Source of the DNA: Ostreococcus lucimarinus
Taxonomy: Eukaryota
Reading direction: 5' to 3' (one strand)
DNA: 64,000 bases
Assembly (NCBI GenBank): GCA_000092065.1
Contig: CP000582.1
Part shown: piece after piece, positions 29,342 through 37,933 of the stretch
Position numbering within the stretch: position 1 is the stretch's first letter
Layout: every line of letters starts with the position of its first letter
The notes under the pieces: model-generated
What the model saw: only the letters and a program-made list of their open reading frames with translations
Told to the model about the DNA's origin: nothing
The model's database searches: none
Made by a program: the position numbers and the translations under genes

Positions 29342-31963
29342 CTAGTTGAAATACCACAGCGTCGTTCCCTCGATGAGCCCGAGCGTGTCTACGTTTGATT
29401 CCAAGTCGCCGCTATCGCCAGAACCTTTGCGGCGCTTTGCCACGCACACGACGACGGGAAGCCCTCTCGGCGCCTTTGAGAAGTGCACGATAGGCACTGG
29501 CGCTTGGTCGGGTGCTTGCGAATTCGTGTACTGACGTCCCGTTTTTCTGGGATCAATGTCAATCATCGCTTCTACGCGTGCTCTCGCGGCGGGCGAAATT
29601 TCATTCATGAAATTTTTCGCGTCACGCCCTGCGCCCCACACGATGAATTTCTCCCACGACTTCATGGGAAGAATGCGTTCCTCGAACGCTTGCGCGCGAA
29701 CCTGCAACAGCCGACGGCGACTACACCGTGCTGATGCGCTCTGTGGACTCCAGCGATACAACAGCACCGGGTTATGCGGGTAGTCCCCGGCGCGTAAAAG
29801 CGATGGCAAGCCCTTTTTCAAGTTCTGCTCGTAATTTAACGCCAAGTGCCGTTGGAAGAAAATTAAATCTTCCGCCTCGCCCGAACCAGGCGGTGCCTCA
29901 ACAAAACCGCCTACGGTTTCTGCGACCGTTCGCGCCATGCACCACGTCGGCAAGAGTACCGTGCACTCTCGGAATTGTTCGAGGTGAAGCTCGTTTTGCG
30001 TCATCATGTTCGCCCAGGCTTCGTAATGCTCCGTTGAACCGCTTGGATACCGTTTCCAGCACCCTCCAACGATGGCCGTCCGATTTTCCGCGGCGAGTGG
30101 CACTTGTAGCTCGAGTCGCTGTGGCATCATGACGTCGTCAGAGTCCAGGAAGACTAAAATGTCTCCGTGACTCTGCTCGATGCAACGATTTCGACAGAAC
30201 CCGATACCAAAGTTGGGCGCGTCTTCCGCGACAAACTTCGAGCTCTCTGGCCACCTGCTTCCGTTCACCACAACGGCGATGCCCACTCGGGTAAACGCCT
30301 CGCGCCAGATTTTGATGATGTCTGGCGACCCATCCGTACTGCTGTCGTCGAAGATGCTCACCTCGATTGGACCTCGGTACGTTTGAGCGCATATAGAGCT
30401 CAAAGTCTCATCTAACCAACGAGATGCGTTATACACGGGAACAATGATACTGACGCTCGGCAAAGTAGTATCCACCGGAGGTCGAACGGGTTGCTCCTTG
30501 GGCGACGTCGACACTAGGAAATCGAGCACGCGCTTGAGCTTCGGCTTGGCGGATACGACTTCTTTGAGGATGGGAATCCCAACCTGCTCATACGATTCTT
30601 GCTTCACTCGAGCCATGCCATTCGCCAAAAGGCGTACTGACGAAGTCAAGTTACTCGTTCCACTATGAATCATCCACGGGTGTAACAACGCCACGGTCCC
30701 AGCCTTCCCGACAAGTTGCTCGATGACGCCATCGATGTCGTCTCGTCGAATCGCATTTTCAGCTTCGTGCGCATCTAGCTCGTACGAAAGCGGGAGACGT
30801 CCTTCGGTCGACAATTCGCTCACTAGATCAATAGCCCATGAGTTCAAATCTTGGTGAATGATGCCGCCCTTTGAGCGCAAATGCGACGCGATCCACTTGT
30901 GTGAACCCTTGATGAACGCCGTACCGCCGCCGCCCGGGACGCAGTCGGATAAAAATACCAAAATAATCACGCCTTGGTACGGATGTCCGTCCGGTGTGCG
31001 CTGCGCATCCGTGCTGAATCCCGCGCCAATGTCTAAGTGCCAGCCTCGGTTGAGCATACGCCTTCGATTGACCGGATGCCACGACCTGGCCGCCTCGAGC
31101 TCCTCCGCCTTTGGCTCTGGAGATCCCTCCCTGACTTGTCTGTCTACGATATTTGCCGACCTTTCGTCTAAAAGCATCATCGCCCGCCCTCGCACTTGTT
31201 TTTTCGTGCACGAAGGGCGTACTCTCTGCATCAACTGCGTGATGTACTGCCACTTCTCCCCGTGCTCCGTAACAGCCGCCAGAAGCGCGGCGTCGTGCTC
31301 GGGCGCCCATGCGCTTTCATAATGCTCCTCACACTGCTTCGCCGTCCACGTCAACTCACTCGTGCTCATCATCTTCGCGATGGCATCCCAATTGTGACCG
31401 CCCTCCTTCAACTTTCTCACGTTCCCGCTGTCGCACTCTGTCCATCTCGCAGGCGCCGGCGCGCACGCCCCGCTCTCGTCGCTCACTTTCCTTCGCTTCT
31501 CGCTCTGTTCCGCCCTCGCCGCCCTCGCTTTGGCTTCCTCCGCCACGAGCATCGCTTGTTCACTATCCTTTTCCGGAAACGTCACCGGGCAGTACCAATG
31601 CCGCACGTCGCACGCGCGTCGCCGTTCGTCCACCGCGTTCAGTTCTATGTCCCACGCCGCGCGCCCGAGCACTTCGTCCAGCGCTTTCGCGAGCTCGGGC
31701 GAGTTCCTCAGCGCGTCCCACGGCGCGCCGTCGCTCGGGGCGACGACTTCGATCACCCTTCGCGCGTTCCCGCGCGGCCACGTCGAGGGGTCGTCCAAAG
31801 CGAGCGGCGTCGACGCATTTCTTTCGCGACCGCTCTCGGCGGTGACGCACGGGTCGGCGAGTTCGCGACGCAACTGCGCGCGTATACCGTCGACGACGGA
31901 CGCGGAGACGGCGTCGGGGATGAGAACGATGCCGTCGGCGATGAATCGCTCGCGGAGCGACAT
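29342..31963 (-). CDS. Fusion protein: PhyH-like 2OG/Fe(II) dioxygenase with inserted SANT/Myb repeats + C-terminal GT2 glycosyltransferase of the B3GNTL1 type
   Basis: The track start (32176) is TTG; the real ATG at 31963 gives MSLRERFIADGIVLIPDAV. There are two Myb/SANT-like repeats (..HNWDAIAKMM..WTAKQCEEHY; WAPEHDAALLAAVTEHGEKWQYITQLM...KKQVRGR). The oxygenase core has GWHLDIG (HxD), GGGGTAFIKGSH and LLHPWMIHSGTSN. The GT2 half reads VSIIVPVYNASRWLDETL..IFDDSSTDGS..LVFLDSDDVMMPQRLELQ..LLPTW..AEDLIFF..LLYRWSP..VWGAGRDAK..IVHFSKA..PVVVCV, matching human B3GNTL1 blocks recalled from memory. Confidence 0.85.
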   Translation of the reverse strand: MSLRERFIADGIVLIPDAVSASVVDGIRAQLRRELADPCVTAESGRERNASTPLALDDPSTWPRGNARRVIEVVAPSDGAPWDALRNSPELAKALDEVLGRAAWDIELNAVDERRRACDVRHWYCPVTFPEKDSEQAMLVAEEAKARAARAEQSEKRRKVSDESGACAPAPARWTECDSGNVRKLKEGGHNWDAIAKMMSTSELTWTAKQCEEHYESAWAPEHDAALLAAVTEHGEKWQYITQLMQRVRPSCTKKQVRGRAMMLLDERSANIVDRQVREGSPEPKAEELEAARSWHPVNRRRMLNRGWHLDIGAGFSTDAQRTPDGHPYQGVIILVFLSDCVPGGGGTAFIKGSHKWIASHLRSKGGIIHQDLNSWAIDLVSELSTEGRLPLSYELDAHEAENAIRRDDIDGVIEQLVGKAGTVALLHPWMIHSGTSNLTSSVRLLANGMARVKQESYEQVGIPILKEVVSAKPKLKRVLDFLVSTSPKEQPVRPPVDTTLPSVSIIVPVYNASRWLDETLSSICAQTYRGPIEVSIFDDSSTDGSPDIIKIWREAFTRVGIAVVVNGSRWPESSKFVAEDAPNFGIGFCRNRCIEQSHGDILVFLDSDDVMMPQRLELQVPLAAENRTAIVGGCWKRYPSGSTEHYEAWANMMTQNELHLEQFRECTVLLPTWCMARTVAETVGGFVEAPPGSGEAEDLIFFQRHLALNYEQNLKKGLPSLLRAGDYPHNPVLLYRWSPQSASARCSRRRLLQVRAQAFEERILPMKSWEKFIVWGAGRDAKNFMNEISPAARARVEAMIDIDPRKTGRQYTNSQAPDQAPVPIVHFSKAPRGLPVVVCVAKRRKGSGDSGDLESNVDTLGLIEGTTLWYFN

Positions 31964-32045
31964 GGCCGCGACGGGCGCGGCGCGCGCTGCGGGACGAAGT
32001 CGAAATTGAAATTGCCAAACCTTTGCTGCAACAAAAAGTGCACAC

Positions 32046-32081
32046 GACCGGGACGGCGACCGGGACGGCGACCGGGACGGC
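32046..32081. repeat. Three perfect tandem 12-mers (GACCGGGACGGC) in the 5' leader/promoter of the fusion gene
   Basis: Hand-indexed copies at 32046..32057, 32058..32069 and 32070..32081. They lie 83-118 nt upstream of the minus-strand ATG at 31963. Confidence 0.9.
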
Positions 32082-32189
32082 GACGAGAACGAAGAATCGA
32101 CCGAGGCGCGCGATCGGACGTGTCGTGACGTCGTGAAGTCGTGATTGAACGACGATGAAAGAATGTGATGGTACAACGCGAAGTGGAGC

Positions 32190-33305
32190 TCACACTTCGG
32201 ATCGGTCGTCGGCGTTCGCGGCGGCGGCTAGGAGGGCGTCGGATCGCTTGGCCAAACGCGTGGCCAGCGGCGCGTCCATGAAGAGCTGTGTGATGTGACA
32301 CACGATGCATGGGATTGCTATCAGACCGCCTGAGCCAAAGACATCTTCGGGGAGGTAAGATATGATGGTCATGGCCACGGGGAGGGTCTTTTGGCTGGAC
32401 ATCATCACGCACGCCACGCGTTCGGGGCCGGAGAGGCCGAGCGCGTGCGTGGCGGCGTAATTGATGGCTAGGAATACGACGTGAACCAGGACGGCGGCGA
32501 AAAGCACGGCGAATATCGTGCCTACGTTTGTGTCGATGAGCTCTTTGGCGCTCTTGGAGATGGACATCCAAACGACGATGATGAGACACGAATTATTTGT
32601 CAACGTGAGCTCCGCTTTGCGCGCGTTCGCAAACGCCGCCACTGCTGGAATCATCTCTCGCGCAACCTTCCCGAGCACGATCGGAAGCAGAATCGTGAAC
32701 AACAACTTAACCAAAAGTTTCACCGCCTGCGTCGACATGTCGTTCGCCGCCCCATTCACCGCGCTCGCCATCTCTCTCGGCCCGCTCGCCACGACGGCGT
32801 TGAAGTAAAACGGCACGGTAAACACCCCGATCAGATTCGTGCTCACCGTCAGCATCAGCGCCAGCGCGACGTTCCCTTTCGCGTTTCGCACGAGCGTCAC
32901 ACCACTCGTCAGCGTCGTCGGCACGCAGCAAAACAGCGCTAATCCGTATCGAAATTCTATCGGTTTGTACGGCACGCGTACTAGGATAAACCCGAGCAGC
33001 GGCGTCAAGCCTAATATGGCCACCCATCCGTACCCGAGCGCGCCTCGTCCAGCCTTGAGCGCTTGCGTGATTTCCTCCGTCTTCAGCGTGGCGCCGGATA
33101 TGACGAAGATGATCACCACGCACACCGTTTGGATGACGCTCCAGCCGCTCACTGACACCTTGGCGAGCGCCTTGCCGGCGGCCGGGACGGAGAGCCCGAA
33201 TAAAAGCGCGAGGCAGAAGCCGCAGACGAGAAAATTGTCGAGCAAGAAGGCGCGCGCGCGCGCGTGCATCGGTTTGGGCTCAGGCTTCACGACATCAGCG
33301 AGCAT
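32190..33305 (-). CDS. SBF-like / SLC10A7 (sodium-bile acid cotransporter 7 family) membrane protein
   Basis: ATG at 33305; 371 aa; about 10 hydrophobic segments. Family-typical blocks are FLLDNFLVCGFCLALLFGL, IIFVISGATLKTEEI, FCCVPTTLTSGVTLV and MSSQKTLPVAMTII. Confidence 0.82.
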   Translation of the reverse strand: MLADVVKPEPKPMHARARAFLLDNFLVCGFCLALLFGLSVPAAGKALAKVSVSGWSVIQTVCVVIIFVISGATLKTEEITQALKAGRGALGYGWVAILGLTPLLGFILVRVPYKPIEFRYGLALFCCVPTTLTSGVTLVRNAKGNVALALMLTVSTNLIGVFTVPFYFNAVVASGPREMASAVNGAANDMSTQAVKLLVKLLFTILLPIVLGKVAREMIPAVAAFANARKAELTLTNNSCLIIVVWMSISKSAKELIDTNVGTIFAVLFAAVLVHVVFLAINYAATHALGLSGPERVACVMMSSQKTLPVAMTIISYLPEDVFGSGGLIAIPCIVCHITQLFMDAPLATRLAKRSDALLAAAANADDRSEV

Positions 33306-33449
33306 CGCGCGCGAGGCGCGGTGTGAGACGCGGACGAATGGCGAGCTAGTGAAGAAAAAGTGAAACGACGCGCTTTGGCGGCGATGTGTCTACGCGTTGG
33401 TGGTTTCACTACAACCAAACTAAAGCTTTGGTGTCGGTCGGGGTCGCGC

Positions 33450-34789
33450 TCACAGTCGATCATCGCCTCGGTGAGGCTTGACGTTGCTCATGTCTCGCGG
33501 CTCGTTTCGGTAGCTCGCCGTCGAGAGGCCGGTGATGGGCTCTTTGCGAGCTTGAAATCGCGAGAGTTTTTGCGTGACGCTCAAACCGTGCAATCTGTCT
33601 TCCTTGCCGAATGGCGCGCGGTGGATATCGAATCGATCGTCGTACTCGTCGTAATCCAAATCCGTGTAGTAGTACCCGTCGTCCTCCGTCATGCAAGAAA
33701 TGATGGTTAAGATGCCCATGGAGAGCGCGGCGACGAGGACGACGGTGGTGAGGATGACATAGAGCACCCCGTTCACGTCACTCATGTGATGGTGCGGAGC
33801 CCAGTCGATGTAATCATTCATCCCGGCGACGTATGTCGGATCAGTGTACGTCAGGTTGCTGAGTTTCAACGGCGCGACAGCCTCGATGAGCAAACCGCAC
33901 GTCGCGTTGAGCTCGCCGCCTTGCAACGCGATGCGCGCGTAACCATTTTCACCCCACTGCGTGCCCCAAGAGTTCTTTATCACGACGTACTCCATATCCA
34001 GCGTTTTATCGTAGCCGAAACCGACGGCGACGACGGCGTGATTGATCAAGTTTGGATGGTTGGCCCAATCCGGTTGACACTGATCGTACGTGAGGATGCC
34101 GCCAGAGTAGAATCTAAAGTGCTCGCCCATCGCGTTGACGGCGACGGACACCGGTTGCATGTAAATTGCCGATTTCAAGTCGTCCCACGTGTTTTCGAGG
34201 ACGATATAGTCGTCGATCGACGCTGCGTGTTTGCGAGCCGTGTTCGATCTGCAAGGCCCTACTTCGCTCGTCTTGATCGTGTACGGATGCACTGGATAAT
34301 CTTCCGCGGCGCTGATGCCCCCCTTCATCACCGCGTACTGATACCCCGTCACCATGTTACCCCCCGTGCAATCTTGATCGATCGGATCGCACTCTAACAA
34401 CATTTGAGGCGACAGCGTCACCGCCTCTCTTGTCCAAATATAGTGCACGCCCTCCACCGCGGCGGCCGTAGTAAAAGCCCAGCACCCACCGCACGCACCC
34501 TGCTCCCAAACCTTACTCAAGCCACCGAACTTGCGCCAATCCCAACTCGTTGGAAGATTATTGGCGTCGTATAACTCGCCATCCTTCCCGCGCTCGTTGG
34601 CCCAAATATCCGCGTTTCTCCGCAGAAACTCGTCGTGCATCTCGCGCCAGCTATCTTTCTTCGTCCTGCTACGGTCCCGTTCGCCATCGGGTGTCGGTAC
34701 TAACCGTCCCGTGCGCGCTACAAACTCCTCTCGCGTCCTATCGCTCCACAGCGTCGGCCCGAACGTCGCTCGCGAGTCCTCCTCCTCCT

Positions 34790-34825
<36 letters not shown>

Positions 34826-35276
34826 AGCGCTTCGACCGTCGACCCTTCGACCGATGCCCCAGCGCCGCCGAGTCGTCCTCCGCGTCGCGCAGCGCCCGCA
34901 CCACGCGCATATTCTCATAAAAAATAGCCTCCCGCCGTCGACTCTCCTCGCAAGGATACGCGTCGGCGTCGTCGCCGCAGTACTCGCGCGCGCGTCCGCC
35001 CTCGCGCGCGAACGCCTCGAACGCCTCCCGCATCGTCCGCGCGTCTTCCTCCCTCGCCAGCGTCGTCAACAGCGCGGTCTCCATCGCCGTCGCCGTCGTC
35101 GCCGGTCTCCCGTCGCCGTCGCGCGCGTCGTCGCGCGTCGTCGGCGCTTGTTGGGTGTTGCGCGTTCGATCGTCGTCGTCGTCGTCGCCGCGCGCGACGC
35201 CCGCGCGCGTCAGCGCGAGCGCCAGCGCGCACGCGACGAGCGCGACGCGCGTCGTCGACGCGCGCGCGCGCGCCAT
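33450..35276 (-). CDS. Papain-family (C1A) cysteine protease with signal peptide and C-terminal transmembrane anchor
   Basis: The first ATG at 35276 gives MARARASTTRVALVACALALALTRAGVARG. Catalytic blocks are QGACGGCWAFTTAAAVEG (Cys), NHAVVAVGFG (His) and IKNSWGTQWGENGY (Asn). The C-terminal TM segment is VLYVILTTVVLVAALSMGILTIISCM, followed by an acidic Tyr-rich tail. Track residues 1-207 (35277..35897) are a shadow extension. Confidence 0.9.
34791..34825. repeat. (GCC)n trinucleotide repeat (about 11.7 units) preceded by (CCT)4, inside the protease gene
   Basis: Counted by hand. On the minus strand it encodes SAAAAAAAAAAAEEEED in the pro-region. Confidence 0.9.
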
Positions 35277-35511
35277 CGCGCGTCGCCGTGTGCGCGCGCG
35301 CCGGTCGGTCCGCGACGACGGCCGTCGAGTGTTCACGCGTATAACGCGCGCGAAAACGCTATGAAATCGAGTACGTATAAAGCGCACGAAAACACCATGA
35401 AACCGTTTTGACGACCGAGGGGGACGAGGCGCGCGCGACGGCGACGCGCGGCGCGCGACACCGCGACGCGACGCGCGCGCGACGGCGCGACGACGGCGCG
35501 ACGACGCGAGG

Positions 35512-36723
35512 ATGGTTTTTTGGGACAGTCCCGAGAGCGCGGACGAGGACGCGCGACGACCGCGCGCGCGGTGCGACGGCGAGGACATCAACCGACGCGC
35601 GACGGCGACGACGCGCGCGCGCGCGTGGTTGCGAGACGCGCTCGAGCGAGGGACGACGGCGACGGCGCGCGCGACGGCGACGAAGGAGACGTTAGTTCTG
35701 GACGACGCCGCGCGCGAAGCGCGCGAGGGAGCGACGAGCGAGGAGGAATCGAGGCACCTGCGTCGACACGTGGACGCGCTGACGAGGGAGTGCGCGGACG
35801 CCGTCGCCAGGGCGAACGCGAGCGAGATCGCGAGGGAACGATTTGAACAACTGCGGCGCGAAAATGCGGCGTTGAAAAACGCGGACGCGCTGTGCAAGAA
35901 GGCGGAGACGCGAGCGAAGGCGGCGGAGGCGAGGGCGAACGCGGCGCGGGACGCGATGGTGAGCGCGAAGCTTCGTCACGAGGCGGCGCTCAAGAAGGCG
36001 TACGAGGAAAAGGATGGCGTCGTGGAGCGCATGCGGATAGACATCGAGATGTTGCGATCGGAACTCGCGTGCGTGGAGGCCAAGGTGTCGACGCTGGAGG
36101 ATCAAAACGCGGAGATGGAGGAGGATTTGAACGAATACCGCGAAGAAACGGCGCACTTGGACGAAATCATCGCGCAGGCGGAGAGCGAGATGGTGAGAAT
36201 GCTCGAGGAGAAACGCGCGATCGAGCGTGAACTCGCGGCAAAGAGTGCGATGAACATCAAGTCGCTCATCATGAGTCCTTTCTCGCCGTCATCCAGTTCG
36301 CCGCTCGGCACGCCGCGTCTCGCCGCCGCCATGCGTTGGTTCGACACCGCCGTCGTCTCGCCAATGCGTTCGCCGTTCGCGGACATCACGAACGCCGATG
36401 ACGCCGACAACGACACCATGGGTACGAAAACACCGACCGCGCGTAAATCTCGCCTCGGACCGGGGATGAGTCCTTTACCCAAGACGCCCGGCGCCGTCGT
36501 CGAGGATTCGGCGGAGGACGTCGAGCAATACGAGAGCGACGACGAAAGCGTCGGCGTCGAGACTGTTCGAGAACGAACGTGCGAAGTCAAACGTTGGCGA
36601 TTGGTTCTTTCCAAAGTTCCCGAATCGAGACTTTACGGCAGACGTTGGAGCGACGTCGGCGTGCGCTTGCGCGTCGTCGGCGCGGTGTCGCTGTGCAACC
36701 TCGCGTCGGCGGCGTCGACGTAG
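35512..36723 (+). CDS. Coiled-coil protein of unknown function
   Basis: ATG at 35512; 403 aa. A central heptad-rich region reads LRRENAALKNADALCKKAETRAKAAEARANAARD...LEDQNAEMEEDLNEYREE. The C-terminal half is S/P-rich. I recognise no family. Confidence 0.6.
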   Translation: MVFWDSPESADEDARRPRARCDGEDINRRATATTRARAWLRDALERGTTATARATATKETLVLDDAAREAREGATSEEESRHLRRHVDALTRECADAVARANASEIARERFEQLRRENAALKNADALCKKAETRAKAAEARANAARDAMVSAKLRHEAALKKAYEEKDGVVERMRIDIEMLRSELACVEAKVSTLEDQNAEMEEDLNEYREETAHLDEIIAQAESEMVRMLEEKRAIERELAAKSAMNIKSLIMSPFSPSSSSPLGTPRLAAAMRWFDTAVVSPMRSPFADITNADDADNDTMGTKTPTARKSRLGPGMSPLPKTPGAVVEDSAEDVEQYESDDESVGVETVRERTCEVKRWRLVLSKVPESRLYGRRWSDVGVRLRVVGAVSLCNLASAAST

Positions 36724-36918
36724 TTTCGCCCGGCGCGCGATCTCGAAAGCTTGTCATCATCATGTATGTTTATACCGTCATGGCATCGCGCCCCGCGAGC
36801 ACCTCGCGCGAGCGCCGCGCGTGAACGTCGTGTCGAAGCGAAGCGAGAGCGCGGCGCGGCGCGTGATTCGAAAATGATTCTCCTCTCATTACCTTCGCTA
36901 GAGTTATGTCTACGACGC

Positions 36919-37740
36919 CTACAAACGACGACCACGGCGACCACCCTTTCTACGAGTAGAATCCGTCGGCGTCGGCGTGACGTCTTCGATTCGGCCAATC
37001 TTCAACCCGGAGCGCGACAACGCGCGAAGCGCGCTTTGCCCGCCCGGACCCGGCGACTTCGTCTTATTACCCCCGGTCGCGCGCATCTTAATGTGCAGCG
37101 CCGTGATACCGAGCTCTTTGCATCGCGCGGCGACGTCTTGCGCCGCGAGCATCGCCGCATACGGCGAGGATTCATCGCGATCAGCCTTCACCTTCATCCC
37201 GCCGGTGCATCGGCTCAGGGTTTCCTTGCCCGACAAATCCGTCACGTGCTGCGTCGTCGAACGCGCGCGTCGGTCAGTCTCTCGCAATCGTCGTTCGGCG
37301 CGTCGCACGGCGCGCGCGAAAACGAAAACGAATGTCATCGCGCACGGCGTCGACGTCCTTCATCGCCGCGTCGCGCGCGCGTCGTCATCGCCATCGTGCG
37401 CGCGACGATCGCACTAGGGCTTTCATCGCGCCATCGCCATCGCCATCGTCATCGCGCGTCCCTCGCGCGCGTCGCGTCGCATCGCTCGTTCGAGCACGCA
37501 CCACGAAAGTATCGTTAAACGACGCGTAGATGTGCGCGACGCCGAAGACGAGCTCGCCCTCGCGCGCGTTGGGACCGACGTACGTAGCCTGCGCGCGGCG
37601 TCGATCGCGGTCGGGTCAGTCGGGCGTTCGCGTCGTCGTCGTCGCGCGCGCGCGCTCGGTCGCGCGCGCTCGGTCGCGCGCGCTCGACGCGATAGGCGCG
37701 CGCGTCGCGGCGTCGCGGCGTCGGTCGAGTCGCGCACCAT
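36919..37740 (-). CDS. RPS14: Cytosolic 40S ribosomal protein S14 (uS11), three exons: join(36919..37248,37502..37588,37738..37740)
   Basis: The last exon is [109 protein letters not shown]. The middle exon, from my own translation, is [29 protein letters not shown]. The first coding exon appears to be the ATG alone (ATG|GTGCGCG). The product is 139 aa, comparable to yeast Rps14 (137 aa as I recall). Confidence 0.85.
37249..37501 (-). other. RPS14 intron 2 (253 nt)
   Basis: The donor follows GTG| as GTGCGTG at 37501. ACTGAC at 37278..37273 lies 24 nt before the acceptor CGCAG ending at 37249. Phase 0. It restores FNDTFV|HVTDLSG. Confidence 0.9.
37589..37737 (-). other. RPS14 intron 1 (149 nt), immediately after the start codon
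   Basis: Donor GTGCGCG at 37737, directly after ATG 37740..37738. ACTGAC at 37620..37615 lies 26 nt before the acceptor GCGCAG ending at 37589. It contains a GCGCGCGCTCGGTC repeat. Confidence 0.65.
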
Positions 37741-37933
37741 GTCGCGGTGCGGCGCGTCGTCGAAAGACGGCGCGCGCGCGCCGCGCGCCCGCGGTCTCGC
37801 GGCGGGCGCGCGGATGGACGGTGTCGTCGATGTTGGCGTTTTCGGGCGTACTCTACGTGCGTTACTGAATACGCATACGGAGCGGTCGGTCGCCGCGGGG
37901 CCCGGCCGTTACACCGACGCGCGCGGCGTCGCG

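Noticed and set aside
37272-37341. Possible box C/D snoRNA in RPS14 intron 2 (GCGATGACA ... ACTGACC, about 70 nt).
   Set aside because: The C box is imperfect (CGAUGA rather than UGAUGA). The putative D box CUGA is simply the universal ACTGAC branch motif. I could not find a terminal stem or an rRNA-complementary guide by eye.
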